The notes: generated from the sequence alone by a model not told the origin. 36,241 bases of DNA from Leidyana gryllorum EB-2025a (GCA_048772705.1 JBLWGC010000218.1:1-36241); one strand, 5' to 3'; counted from the first letter of the stretch, positions 17,757 through 27,713 are shown. Numbers and translations: made by a program.

Positions 17757-17828
17757 CTCCGAGACCGGGAATCGAACCCGGGTCTTCCGAGTGAGAGGCG
17801 GAAATACTAAGCACTATACTATCTCGGA
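17757..17828 (-). pseudogene. tRNA-Asp body with CTC (Glu) anticodon
   Basis: TCCGC-CT-CTC-AC-TCGGA. Confidence 0.78.
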
Positions 17829-17923
17829 CGCTCGTGGATACTCCGGCCTTCAACCCCAAAAGTCCTCCGTTCTCGAGACTTCACAGACAGAAAGCGTGTA
17901 AAGTGGCGAGCCAAGGGCGCTCC

Positions 17924-18003
17924 GTCAAGATGGCCGAGTGGTCTAAGGCGCTGTGTTAAGTCCGTAGTCCGAAAGGGCGTGGGTTCGAATCCCACTCTTG
18001 TCA
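17924..18003 (+). tRNA. trnL: tRNA-Leu(AAG)
   Basis: Cloverleaf, minor mismatches. Confidence 0.82.
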
Positions 18004-18074
18004 ACCGTTGTATTGTATTGTATTGAGTCGTCCCTCTCTTCACCTATAGACAGGTCGTTCGAGCTACATACGGC

Positions 18075-18144
18075 TGCACCTGCCGGGACTCGAACCCGGG
18101 TTACGACCTTGGAAGGGTCGCATCTTACCTTAGACCACAAGTGC
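18075..18144 (-). tRNA. trnG: tRNA-Gly(TCC), 1-nt D-loop deletion
   Basis: CGACC-CTTCCAA-GGTCG. Confidence 0.83.
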
Positions 18145-18343
18145 AATTGCGAAAGATCTGCAGCACCCCGAGAGAAAATCGGGCAATTTCTACTTCCAGC
18201 TGTCTGCGGATCGAATCGAGCACTTTCACGGACGAAGGAAACTGATACCACTAGCACTTCAACTCGACATGCGGGGCAGCGGCTCCCATGCAGCTAGCAA
18301 GCTTGCCTCGGTCGAAACGGAACGTCTTCCGAGTGAGAGGCTA

Positions 18344-18416
18344 TGATGCGGATGGGACTCGAACCCACAACTCCCGGTTCCGAAGACCGATGCCCTATCC
18401 ATTAGGCCACCGCACC
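18344..18416 (-). tRNA. trnR: tRNA-Arg(TCG)
   Basis: Same as 2145-2217. Confidence 0.93.
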
Positions 18417-18513
18417 ATGGATAGGCTTCGGTCATCTCGATACTGGTTGGGTGAAAGAGGAGACACCTTGGGCAGCCGGTTCTGTCCACTCAAAAGTCGG
18501 ATGCGTTCCGAAT

Positions 18514-18586
18514 GCGGTTGTGGCCCAATGGATAGCGCGTTGCCCTCCTAAGGCAAAGGTTGAGGGTTCGAGTCCCTCTAGCCGTT
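18514..18586 (+). tRNA. trnR: tRNA-Arg(CCT)
   Basis: TTGCC-CTCCTAA-GGCAA. Confidence 0.9.
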
Positions 18587-18702
18587 TCCTGCGTGCCTTC
18601 GTTTGTGCAAAGTGGAGCACAAACAGGTGAAAGTGATCGATGCAGTTGGGAGATTGGTCATACCATGTAAAAAAGAAATGGATGTACTGGGGTTTGCTAA
18701 AT

Positions 18703-18776
18703 GGGCGACTAGCTCAAATGGTAGCTGGCTACGCTTAGCGTGCGAGAGATACTGGGATCGATGCCCAGGTCGTCCA
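18703..18776 (+). pseudogene. Degenerate tRNA-Ala(AGC)
   Basis: D and anticodon stems broken. Confidence 0.72.
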
Positions 18777-18883
18777 AAGTACGTACGGCTGCACGTGCCG
18801 GGATCTCACCATCTTTGAAGGGTCGCAGACCACAATTGCCATTGCGAGAGCAGCGCAGTCAGTGTCTAGCGTGCCTCTGAAAG

Positions 18884-18956
18884 CGCTCCTGGCAGGTTCC
18901 GAGCCTGCGACTTTGCGGGTAACAGCCACACCCTCTGCCGCCTGAGCTACAAGACC
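18884..18956 (-). pseudogene. Degenerate tRNA-Asn(GTT)
   Basis: Asn body, T-loop mutated. Confidence 0.72.
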
Positions 18957-19051
18957 CCTTACAATGTTTCAGAGGTTAGTAGAGAGACCCTCCTCTTCCT
19001 ACAACAGTTCGCACGGGGTGCCCGAGGGAAGGTGTAATCAGTTACGGTCTC

Positions 19052-19133
19052 GGCAAGGTGGCCGAGCGGTTAAGGCGGCGGCCTGCTAAGCCGTTGGGTT
19101 TTACCCGCGTGAATTCGAATCTCGCCCTTGTCG
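19052..19133 (+). tRNA. trnS: tRNA-Ser(GCT), G53 changed to A
   Basis: Ser body. Confidence 0.78.
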
Positions 19134-19350
19134 GTAGCATTCGCGGAGAGCGAAATTGCTTCAATGATTGAAGTGAGCTTTCTGTCCGACTCAAATCCAA
19201 CGCTCTACGCTGGGCGCTATATACAGGAGCCAATTAAATTTTACAGACGTCAGTAGAGAGACCCGTGTTGCGTGTGTCCAGTTGAGGAAGCGCTAGTCCG
19301 GATAATTCTACCGACTCAATTCTACCGACTCTTCTGGGATGGGCTGAATC

Positions 19351-19422
19351 GGTTGCGTGGTGTAGTGGTTAGCACTGGAGACTCTGAATCTCCCGACCTG
19401 GGTTCGATTCCCGGCGCGACCT
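19351..19422 (+). tRNA. trnQ: tRNA-Gln(CTG)
   Basis: Full cloverleaf. Confidence 0.93.
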
Positions 19423-19486
19423 TACAACTGGTCCTCACTGCTCCGTGAAACTTCGCCACTCCTCTTGGGCTGCGGGGACCATTCAT

Positions 19487-19629
19487 GCAGCCACCGTCTA
19501 GTGGTTACGACGTCTGCTTAACACGCAGAAAGTCCGAGGTGAATCCTCGGTGGCCGTAGCTCCCACGGTCCAGTGGTTACGACGTCTGCTGAACACGCAG
19601 AAAGTCCGAGGTGAATCCTCGGTGGTGTA
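19487..19629 (+). pseudogene. Tandem pair of degenerate tRNA-Val(AAC)
   Basis: Both share a GAGGTGAATCCTC T-arm lesion. Confidence 0.78.
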
Positions 19630-19684
19630 ACTCCTAACTCTCAGCGAGAACCAAAGGAGAGAATTTTAAGCGAAACCACCTGTG

Positions 19685-19756
19685 CTCCGAGACCGGGAAT
19701 CGAACCCGGGTCTTCCGCGTGACAGGCGGAAATACTAACCACTATACTATCTCGGA
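19685..19756 (-). tRNA. trnD: tRNA-Asp(GTC)
   Basis: Full cloverleaf, TCCGC-CTGTCAC-GCGGA. Confidence 0.94.
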
Positions 19757-19904
19757 CGCTCTGAACACGCCGGCCTCCGATCCCAGAAGTCTTTCTATTT
19801 TGGCTCAACACTGTGGCAAGATAGTAAGGCGCTGTGCTCAGACCGCTGTCCGAAAGGGCGAGGATCTGGGGTTGAGCCTTTTGAACCCCGGAGCAGTTGG
19901 ACGG

Positions 19905-19984
19905 CCGGGGGTAGCTCAGTTGGTAGAGCATCTGACTGTAGTGCTGGCATCAGATAGTCGGCGGTTCGATTCCGTCCCACCGGA
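19905..19984 (+). tRNA. trnY: tRNA-Tyr(GTA) with 7-nt intron (19942-19948)
   Basis: TCTGA-CT-GTA-G-[TGCTGGC]-A-TCAGA; C1:G72, A73. Confidence 0.9.
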
Positions 19985-20172
19985 AGTAGAGTGGTGATTG
20001 GCAAAGTACTACTCAACCTCATGGTGTTGGCAGACAGCGTTGATGGGCCAACTGGAATGAATCTGGCGAAGATTCCATGCATATACAACTCAAATCTTGT
20101 CTCAGCTGTCGGAGCAGCATATCTTAGACAACCTTGAAGAGACGTGGCGTATTGAGTCAACAACTGACAGAC

Positions 20173-20244
20173 GGGCTGTTCTGGGAATCGAACCCAGGAC
20201 TTCTTCCACCCAAAGGAAGAATCATACCACTAGACCAAACAGCC
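20173..20244 (-). tRNA. trnP: tRNA-Pro(TGG)
   Basis: Full cloverleaf. Confidence 0.93.
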
Positions 20245-20332
20245 GACAACCCACCATCCCGGTACAGCCCCCAGTACTGTGGAATCAGTCGGCACAGCAC
20301 GCGTTTCGGCTCCTCTTCCATGTTGCAGACTG

Positions 20333-20403
20333 AGCACTGTAGCTCAGTGGAAGAGTGTTGGCTCATTACCCAAAGGTCCGTCGGTCGAAACGACGCACTG
20401 CTA
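20333..20403 (+). pseudogene. Degenerate initiator tRNA-Met
   Basis: Anticodon-stem deletion, A54 changed to G. Confidence 0.75.
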
Positions 20404-20451
20404 AGTGGGCGCAGAAGGGAATAGTTGTAGGATAGATTGGCTCGTAGGCAG

Positions 20452-20523
20452 AGCCTTCTGCCCGAATCAAACCGGCGACCTTTCGCTTACTGAGCGAATG
20501 CTCTGCCCCTAAGCTAAGAAGGC
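20452..20523 (-). pseudogene. Degenerate tRNA-Thr(AGT)
   Basis: T-loop TTTGATT. Confidence 0.75.
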
Positions 20524-20626
20524 ATTCCCTTTCTCGATCCATATGAGGGTTTGATGCTGGGAATAGCATCATGTCCACCACAGAATTCATGCATAAGTTG
20601 GTGTCTGACCCCTCCAATCACATCGC

Positions 20627-20708
20627 ACAACAACTGCTGGATCTGCACCAGCGCGGCCCAGGCCCAGTAGATTTCTAGTCTACCCCTTAACCACTCCGGC
20701 AAGTTGCC
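20627..20708 (-). pseudogene. Degenerate tRNA-Ser(AGA)
   Basis: T-loop TGCAGAT. Confidence 0.72.
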
Positions 20709-20943
20709 ACCTGTCGGACTTGTCATCTTGCGCCCTGTGGCTTCACATACGATGTAGCAAGCTTGAGTCGGACTGCTCGCGCTGCCCGAAGCCGCGGTCT
20801 CCCCATTGAAAGTCTAGGGGTCTACCGACGGAGCTGGCGCGGCAGGGAAGCTCGGACTCAGTAACTAGTTCCTTTCCTATTAGTCGAAGAATGCTGTGGC
20901 TTCCTCGCGTCCGGGGCGACTCTTTAGCAGAGATCCCCTCACT

Positions 20944-21017
20944 TGGTCACGCCCGGGCTCGAACCGGGGACCTTGAGCTTATTAGGCTCACGCTCTAACC
21001 GACTGAGCTACGCGACC
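20944..21017 (-). tRNA. trnI: tRNA-Ile(AAT)
   Basis: Full cloverleaf, TGAGC-CTAATAA-GCTCA. Confidence 0.93.
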
Positions 21018-21226
21018 ACTTCTGCAACGACAGATGGCACCGACCCGGATGCTGGATCCCCCAGAGCTGGAATCAAACATCAGAGCCATTTAGACACTGG
21101 CGGACAGCACCCAATTTTCTAAGCAGGAGTCAGAAGCGCTACGTTCCGCCATAGGCCCAAAATCATCCCCCGCTCCAGACTCATTGCCTTGTGGTCCAAC
21201 ATCTCCGATCGTTCCAAACCATCTTC

Positions 21227-21298
21227 AGGGCACGCGCGGAGTTGAACCACGGACTTGCTGATCTGCAGTCAGCTGCTCTACCACTGAGCTACGTACCC
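21227..21298 (-). tRNA. trnC: tRNA-Cys(GCA)
   Basis: Full cloverleaf. Confidence 0.93.
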
Positions 21299-21394
21299 AC
21301 AAACTACCCGTCATACTCGCTCAACTCGATTCTGTCTTCTCTTCTGAAGCAAAACGGCCGGTATTGTGCACGAGCTTAAACAACAACGAGTTGT

Positions 21395-21465
21395 GCATCT
21401 GTGGTCTTGTGGTAGAATGTGTCGTTGCCACCGAGACGACCCAGGTTCGATTCCCGACAGACGCA
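21395..21465 (+). pseudogene. Degenerate tRNA-Gly(GCC)
   Basis: Multiple mismatches. Confidence 0.75.
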
Positions 21466-21609
21466 GGAGGCACGCCTCAAACCGCCGTGGCAAATTAGCA
21501 GAGACGCTGACAAGCTTGGTCGGCACGAGGCCGGGGCATTCTGACACTTGATGTAACAACCCCCTGAGATAGAATCGAATGTGAGTTACGCGGTGGAACG
21601 GCGGTGATC

Positions 21610-21683
21610 GCTCCCCTAGCTCAGCTGGTTAGAGCATCGGCCTTATGTGCCGAAGGTCGAGGGTTCGATCCCCCCGGGGAGCA
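21610..21683 (+). tRNA. trnI: tRNA-Ile(TAT), intronless
   Basis: GCTCCCC/GGGGAGC-A, TCGGC-CT-TAT-GT-GCCGA. Confidence 0.9.
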
Positions 21684-21972
21684 AATCAACCCAATGACAG
21701 CCGAACGCGACCGCCGAGTACTCCAGCATTTGACACCTATGAGTGCCCTAGCGGGGCAGGCCGACCAGGAGGCTGTTTGGTCTGAAGGTATGATTTTTCC
21801 TCGCTTAAAAGAACATTGCAACTGGGTCTTGTAGCTCAGTCGGCAAAGCGTGTAGCTGTTTACCACAAAGTCGCAGTTTCGAAGCCTAGCAGTACCGGAG
21901 CTGCGATATGCCACGCCCTCTTAGAGGTGCAACTCTGTATTTAACTACCAGCAGGTGCCGCCCTACTAAGTT

Positions 21973-22045
21973 TGGACGACCTGGGTATCGATCCCAGTAC
22001 CTCTCGCATGCAAAGCGAGCGCTCTACCATCTGAGCTAGCCGCCC
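21973..22045 (-). tRNA. trnA: tRNA-Ala(TGC)
   Basis: Full cloverleaf. Confidence 0.93.
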
Positions 22046-22242
22046 ATCCGCTCTACATGGAAAACCTTCTGCATCCAGTGGCTGACCGAGTGCCGATACA
22101 ACGGCTGACAAGAGTGGCATTCGAACCCACCACTCGGCCATCTTGCCGGAGTGTTCTTGGCTCGCCACTTTACACGTTTTCTGTTCGTGAAGTCTCGAGA
22201 AGGGAGGGCTTTTGGGGTTGAAGGCCGGTGTGTTTGTGAGCC

Positions 22243-22314
22243 ACCGAGATAGTATGGTGGTTAGTATTCCCGCCTGTCACGCGGAAGACCCGGATTCGAT
22301 TCCCGGTCTCGGAG
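22243..22314 (+). pseudogene. Degenerate tRNA-Asp(GTC)
   Basis: G53 changed to A, further mismatches. Confidence 0.75.
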
Positions 22315-22733
22315 ATAGATAGTCTTCCGCTCTAGATTGCGTGGTGCTTGCCTGAACGATGCGTGTTACAGCCACCGAGGATTGAACTCGGGACTTTCTG
22401 CGTGTTAAGCAGACGTCGTGACTGCTAGATGGCTGCACGGAGCTTCCGGACTGCCGAAGGGGCGTGTGTCTCTGGAAACGCGTATCCGATGAGCCTGGTT
22501 CATATGTACCGGCCTGTACCGGCCTAAGTTGGACGGCCTGGAGTAGTTAAGACCCTTCGTTCTGTATTCAGGAATGGAGGTGTCACGCATCTGTGGTTTA
22601 GTGGTAGACTGTGTCGTTGCCGCCTAGACGACCCAGGTTCGATTCCCGCAGATGCAGAGAAGATGGCAGATGGTTGATTGAGGCACCATTCTGGGGTTTC
22701 AGGCTTGTTGTCTGCCCCTCCAATCACATCGAA

Positions 22734-22815
22734 CGACAACTGCTGGATTTGAACCAGCCCGGGCCAGGCCCAGTAGATTTCAAGTCTACCCCCTTAACCA
22801 CTCGGGCCAGTTGCC
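22734..22815 (-). tRNA. trnS: tRNA-Ser(TGA)
   Basis: CT-TGA-AA loop; U8 changed to G. Confidence 0.8.
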
Positions 22816-23033
22816 ACCTGTCGAATTCGACATGCCGCGAGGAGTGACCAAATGCCCCCATGTTCAGCCTGTCCTGCGGCATTGATAGGTGTCTAAACTG
22901 ACCTCTCGCGTGCCAAGTCACCGCTCTACCACTTGAGATAGCCGCCCACCCGCCAAACCTAGGTGAACTTCCCATCTGAGACCGACTCACAGTTCTCTGG
23001 CGCCTCATTCGTCAGTGCAACTGTTGTGACTCG

Positions 23034-23106
23034 TCCACAGTAGTCGAAATGGCTAGAATATGCGGCTTTCACCCGCACGATCCGGGTTCAAGTCCCGGCA
23101 GCGGAA
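23034..23106 (+). pseudogene. Degenerate tRNA-Glu(TTC)
   Basis: CT-TTC-AC; acceptor mismatches. Confidence 0.75.
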
Positions 23107-23166
23107 ATCCAGCAGAGTGTGCTTGTAGGCAACGGTTCCATTCTTACATCCAGGGATATAGATCCA

Positions 23167-23239
23167 CACCGCCCGCGGGGCTCGAACCCGCGACTGCAAG
23201 ATTAAGAGTCTTGCGCTCTACCGACTGAGCTAGGGCGGC
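23167..23239 (-). tRNA. trnK: tRNA-Lys(CTT)
   Basis: CAAGA-CTCTTAA-TCTTG. Confidence 0.93.
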
Positions 23240-23495
23240 AGGAAAGCAAGGACACAAAACCCGATAGCCTGACATCTAAAGTTTTGGTACCCACCAGCCT
23301 CACTTGAAGATTGGATTGTCCGGGTCGTCTAGTGCTTACAACAGCAAGTTGTGGCCCGAATCCTGGCTTGGATAGTATGTCCCCGTTGTCTCGAATGGGA
23401 GATGTAGGTGAAGTCTGTCCAAACCCACGATCGGGCGTAGCTGCCCATGTCCTCTCTTGATCGCTACACACTTCCATTTGACGGCTCCGTTAGTC

Positions 23496-23568
23496 GGCGC
23501 TATGGCCTAATGGATATGGCATCGGTCTACGGAACCGGGGATTCTGGGTTCGAGTCCCAGTAGCGTCT
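23496..23568 (+). tRNA. trnR: tRNA-Arg(ACG)
   Basis: Full cloverleaf. Confidence 0.93.
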
Positions 23569-23876
23569 GGGCGAATGGTGCCGTGTAGCGTCAACAACTA
23601 TCAGACGGGCTGGGAATCGAACCCGCTAGACCAAATGGTTCAACCCGCTGGGTACAGTCGAGAGACTCGTATCACTATGTGAAGTATCACTCAATGCCAT
23701 GAGGTAGGCATAGAGGGAGGCTGGCCCAATGATGAAAAGGTGGCTTAGTATACGAAGGGTTCTGGGATCGCTTCCCAGCCCATCCGAACTACATAGATGG
23801 AATTCCCGTCGGAGTAGTCTAGTTGGCCTATCAACGCTCATCAGGTTGAGTAGTAGTTTGCCGATGACCCTCTACT

Positions 23877-23956
23877 TCCGGTGGGACGGAATCGAACCGC
23901 CGACTATCTGATGCCAGCACTACAGTCAGATGCTCTACCAACTGAGCTACCCCCGG
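23877..23956 (-). tRNA. trnY: tRNA-Tyr(GTA) with 7-nt intron
   Basis: Same as 19905-19984. Confidence 0.9.
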
Positions 23957-24147
23957 CCGTCCAACTGCTCCGGGGTTCGAAAGGCTCAACCCCAGATCCT
24001 CGCCCTTTCGGACAGCGGCCTGAACACAGCGCCTTAGACCACTCGGCCATCTTGCCGGAATGTTTTAGGCTCGCCGTTCCACGCGTTTTTCGTCCGTGAG
24101 CCGAAATAGAAAGACTTCTGGGATTGGAGGCCGGCGTGTTTGGAGCG

Positions 24148-24219
24148 TCCGAGTCAGTATAGTGGTTAGTGTCTCCGCCTGTCACGCGGAAGACCCGGGT
24201 TCGATTCCCGGTCTCGAAG
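24148..24219 (+). pseudogene. Variant tRNA-Asp(GTC)
   Basis: Same lineage as 15478 and 28541. Confidence 0.75.
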
Positions 24220-24522
24220 CACAGTTGGTTTCGCTTGAGATTCTCTCCTTTGGTTCTCGCTGAAAGTTGGGAGCTACAGCCGCCAAAGATTCACCTCGGA
24301 CCTTCTGCGTGTTAAGCAGACGTCGTAACCACTAGACCATAGCTTCGTGAAAGGGGCGTATGTCTTTCGAATCACGTATCCGATGAGCCTGGTTCTTATG
24401 AACCGGCCTGTAGCCTGACAGGAATTGGACGACCTGTAGTAGCTCATTTGGAGAGCATCTAACGCTCCTGTTACATTTCATCCTGATTGATGCCCCACTG
24501 CCTTGATAGCTACTTGCAGATT

Positions 24523-24594
24523 ATCCGAGTCGTCTAGTGGTTGGGACAGCAAGCTGTGGCCGTGCGAAGCCAGGCTCGATTCCCGGCTCGGCCC
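24523..24594 (+). pseudogene. Divergent tRNA-His(GTG)
   Basis: CT-GTG-GC loop, stem mismatches. Confidence 0.72.
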
Positions 24595-24666
24595 ATATGT
24601 CTCCGGTGTCTCTAATGGAACTCTCTCTTGATGGTTATACACTTTCATTCGACGGCTCCGTTGATT

Positions 24667-24739
24667 GGCGCTACGGCCTAATGGATATGGCATCGGTCTA
24701 CGGAACCGGGGATTCTGGGTTCGAGTCCCACTGGCGTCT
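24667..24739 (+). tRNA. trnR: tRNA-Arg(ACG), minor lesions
   Basis: Arg body. Confidence 0.8.
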
Positions 24740-25077
24740 GGGCGAATGGCCGGGTTGCAGCCTCGCCTGTTGAGTCAACAACTCAGATCCTGTCTTGGCT
24801 GTCAGGGACAGTGTGCGGGATGGGTCGAGGTGCCGTGTTGGGTCAACAACTATCAGACGGGCTGTTCTGGATATTAAACCAGGACTTCTTCCACCCGAAA
24901 CAAGTGCATACCACTAGACCAAACAGCCGCCTATCGGTGGTGCAAGCCGCCGATAGAGGTGCTTTAGGAAGTGAGCACCCCCGGACGACTTCTTCGGGGC
25001 TGGAGGCCGATACACCGCACCCAGACGACAGTCGCAACGGAAGCCGTTTGCACGCTGAAACTCAGAAGGGAAGTAAC

Positions 25078-25161
25078 GCACAGATGCCCGAGTGGTCTAA
25101 GGGGCCAGACTCAAGTTCTGGTAGGCGCAAGTCTGCATGGGTTCGAATCCCATTCTGTGCA
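25078..25161 (+). tRNA. trnL: tRNA-Leu(CAA), intronless
   Basis: CCAGA-CTCAAGT-TCTGG, full cloverleaf. Confidence 0.93.
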
Positions 25162-25250
25162 ACGGCGATCATTACCAAAAATAGGCTGGAAAAGGCCACA
25201 GTAGATTCGAGTCTCCATCCGTATATCCGGTTGCATGCACCCAAGTATTT

Positions 25251-25314
25251 GGCTGTTGTTCTGGATCCTTCCTTGGGGTGGAAGGAGTCCTGGGTTCGAT
25301 TCCCAGAACAGCCC
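25251..25314 (+). pseudogene. tRNA-Pro remnant with GGG anticodon, D-arm deleted
   Basis: CTTCC-TTGGGGT-GGAAG. Confidence 0.72.
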
Positions 25315-25454
25315 TCTTGGTCGTTGGTTGACCCGACGGGACAAGTTGCCCTCAGAACCAACACAGCATTTCATTAGCCCACTTCGGTAGGGCAGTCAGG
25401 GCAACTAACATCTCGAGAATTGCATTTCGGCTATTTCTTCCATGTTGCAGACTG

Positions 25455-25525
25455 AGCAGTGTAGCTCAGTGAAAAGTGTTGAGCTCATAATCCAAAGGTC
25501 CGTCGATCGAAACGACGCACTGCTA
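25455..25525 (+). pseudogene. Degenerate initiator tRNA-Met(CAT)
   Basis: A1:U72, GATCGAAA; D-loop and anticodon stem altered. Confidence 0.8.
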
Positions 25526-25574
25526 AGTGTGCGCAGAAGGGGAACCGTTATAGAATAGATTGCCTCGCGAGCAA

Positions 25575-25646
25575 AGCCTTCTGCCGGAATCGAACCGGCG
25601 ACCTTTCGCTTACTAAGCGAATGCTCTGCCCCTAAGCTAAGAAGGC
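25575..25646 (-). tRNA. trnT: tRNA-Thr(AGT)
   Basis: Full cloverleaf. Confidence 0.93.
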
Positions 25647-25722
25647 AATGCAAGCCGAAGATCACGAGTCAGTCACTATTGACGGAGATTACTGGAGCAC
25701 TTTGTTCGAATGATCCAATGAC

Positions 25723-25795
25723 TTCCACTGTCAGGACTTGAACCCGGATCGTGCGGGTGAAAGCCGCATATCCTAGCCACTTAGACTACAGTGGA
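25723..25795 (-). tRNA. trnE: tRNA-Glu(TTC), T-stem mismatch
   Basis: CT-TTC-AC. Confidence 0.8.
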
Positions 25796-25934
25796 CAACT
25801 CCCTTAGCTGCAGCTTTAGCCAAGAGCTGTACCCTCTTGACAAGACGTGATTGCAGAATCCTGCGCTAGAAAAAGGAGGATCGGAGGGTCCAGCACCAAC
25901 TCAGGCATAAAACTCAACCATGTACTATGTCCTC

Positions 25935-26005
25935 TGCATCTGCCGGGAATCGAACCCGGGTCGTCTCGATGGCAACGAGACATTCTACCACTAGACCACA
26001 GATGC
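25935..26005 (-). tRNA. trnG: tRNA-Gly(GCC)
   Basis: Full cloverleaf. Confidence 0.94.
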
Positions 26006-26101
26006 GTAACACCTTGTTGTTAGAGCTCGTAAACAATAACGGCCGTTTTGCTGCGAATGAGAAGACAGGGGCAAGTTGAGCGAGTATAAGAGGCGCCTCG
26101 T

Positions 26102-26173
26102 GGGTACGTAACTCGGTAGTAGAGCAGCTGACTGCACATCAGCAAGTCCGTGGTTCAACTCCGCGCGTGCCCT
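26102..26173 (+). pseudogene. Degenerate tRNA-Cys(GCA)
   Basis: D-arm mutated. Confidence 0.75.
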
Positions 26174-26341
26174 GAAGATGACCTGAAGGTTTGAGAATGT
26201 TGAAAATCCATCCCTGCCCACATACCAATGAGCCTGGAAGTCGGTAGACAATTTTGGGTCTATTGCGCAACGGTAGCGCGCCTAATTCCAGATCGGGAAG
26301 TGGCAATATTATGAGTTAGTCGGCGGTGCCGATTCCGACCG

Positions 26342-26416
26342 TGGGAGTGTGAGAGGATCGACTTCTCGACTTCAGGATTATGAGACTTACGCGCTACCGA
26401 ATGTTCTACACTTCCC
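26342..26416 (-). pseudogene. Degenerate elongator tRNA-Met
   Basis: Met-e body with indels. Confidence 0.72.
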
Positions 26417-26715
26417 CATGGAATTCTTTCTCGATGCATCTCCTGTCAGAAGGTTGCACCGGAATGTTCGTTCGACAGCACACGCGCCTGGTTAGCGCGA
26501 AGTCAGAACTCATTAGGCTCACTCTCTGACCAACTGAAATACGGGACAGCTTCAGATTTGAACAGTCCCTAGACTAAAGAGCCGACTAATGTGCTCAGAG
26601 CGCAGCCCTTCGTCCGCCCCGCCAAACAGTCAAGTCACAGCCAAATACTGCAATCGAGTAGGGACTGTACCTACATCACTGAGAGACGTGGCATGTTCAT
26701 CAACAACCATCAGAC

Positions 26716-26787
26716 GGGCTGTTCGGGGAATCGAACCCAGGACTTCTTCCACCCGAAGGAAGAATCATACCACTAGACCAAACAGAC
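26716..26787 (-). tRNA. trnP: tRNA-Pro(CGG), two mismatches
   Basis: Pro body. Confidence 0.78.
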
Positions 26788-27210
26788 GCCTGTCGGTCGT
26801 GCAACCCGCTGAGGACAGTTGAGATAGTGGTCATACTATGTTGAGAGCCACCAAATGCGATGGGGTGTTCACAAGGGGCGACTAGCTCAAATGGTAGTGC
26901 TCGCTTAGCATGCGAGGCGTACTGGGCCAGGTCGTCCAAACTCCGTAGTGCTGCAACTGCCGGTATTTGACCCCAGAGTTGAGAGCTTTTAAGGGCGCCC
27001 CGTAGCCCTTCTTATAGAGGTTGGCACCGCCCTATGTGTGGAGGCTGCCCCAGAGCCCGGATCTCCGAATTTGTATTTGACAACCACACGCTCTGCCGAC
27101 TAAGACTGCCAATATTTCAGAGAGTGGTGGAGAGACTCCTGTTGCATGTGTCCAGTTGAGGGAGGGCTAGTCCGGATGGCTTTACCAACTCTTTTGGGAA
27201 GGACTGAATG

Positions 27211-27282
27211 GGTTGCGTGGAGTAGTGGTTAGCACTGGAGATTCTGAATCTCCTGACCTGGGTTCGATTCCCGGCGCGACCT
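27211..27282 (+). tRNA. trnQ: tRNA-Gln(CTG), fused at 3' end to a Val fragment
   Basis: Gln body then CTAGTGGTCACGACG. Confidence 0.78.
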
Positions 27283-27376
27283 CTAGTGGTCACGACGTCT
27301 GCTTCACACGCAGAAGCTCCCGACTTCAATCCTCGGAACCAGGGGAGACAATCTTAAGCGAAACCAACTAAGTGTG

Positions 27377-27448
27377 CTCCGAGACCGGGAATCGAACCCG
27401 GGTCTTCCGCGTGACAGGCGGAAATACTGACCACTATACTATCTCGGA
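27377..27448 (-). tRNA. trnD: tRNA-Asp(GTC)
   Basis: Full cloverleaf. Confidence 0.93.
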
Positions 27449-27633
27449 CGCTCCGGCCTCCAACCCCAGAAGTCCTTCCATTTTGAGATTCCAAGTACAG
27501 AAAACGCGTGGAACGGCGAGCCTAAAACATTCCGGCAAGATGGCCTAGTGGTCTAAAACGCTGTGTTCAGGCCGCAGTCCGAAAGGGCGAGGATCTGGGG
27601 TTGAGCCTTTCGAACCCCGGAGCAGTTGGACGG

Positions 27634-27713
27634 CCGGGGGTAGCTCAGTTGGTAGAGCATCTGACTGTAGTGCTGGCATCAGATAGTCGGCGGTTCGATT
27701 CCGTCCCACCGGA
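27634..27713 (+). tRNA. trnY: tRNA-Tyr(GTA) with 7-nt intron
   Basis: Same as 19905-19984. Confidence 0.9.

Larger units (their letters stand above)
22587..24740. repeat. About 2.1-kb inverted duplication, partner at 28022-30125
   Basis: Gene order and spacers mirror on the opposite strand; shadow ORF 22724-23008(-) matches 29698-29982(+). Confidence 0.88.

Noticed and set aside
19797-19808. ATTTTGGCTCAA resembling the 3' end of the dinoflagellate spliced leader
   Set aside because: Paralogous spacers read ATTTCGGCTCAC (about 15590, 28653), so it is a chance variant; the CCGTAGCC 5' part is absent.
21610-21683. G37 in Ile(TAT) as a novelty
   Set aside because: As I recall, G37 in intronless Ile(UAU) also occurs in plants, so it is not distinctive.
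22653-22670. CAGAGAAGAT resembling the U6 ACAGAGA box
   Set aside because: It is formed by the tRNA-Gly 3' end plus spacer; no other U6 elements follow.
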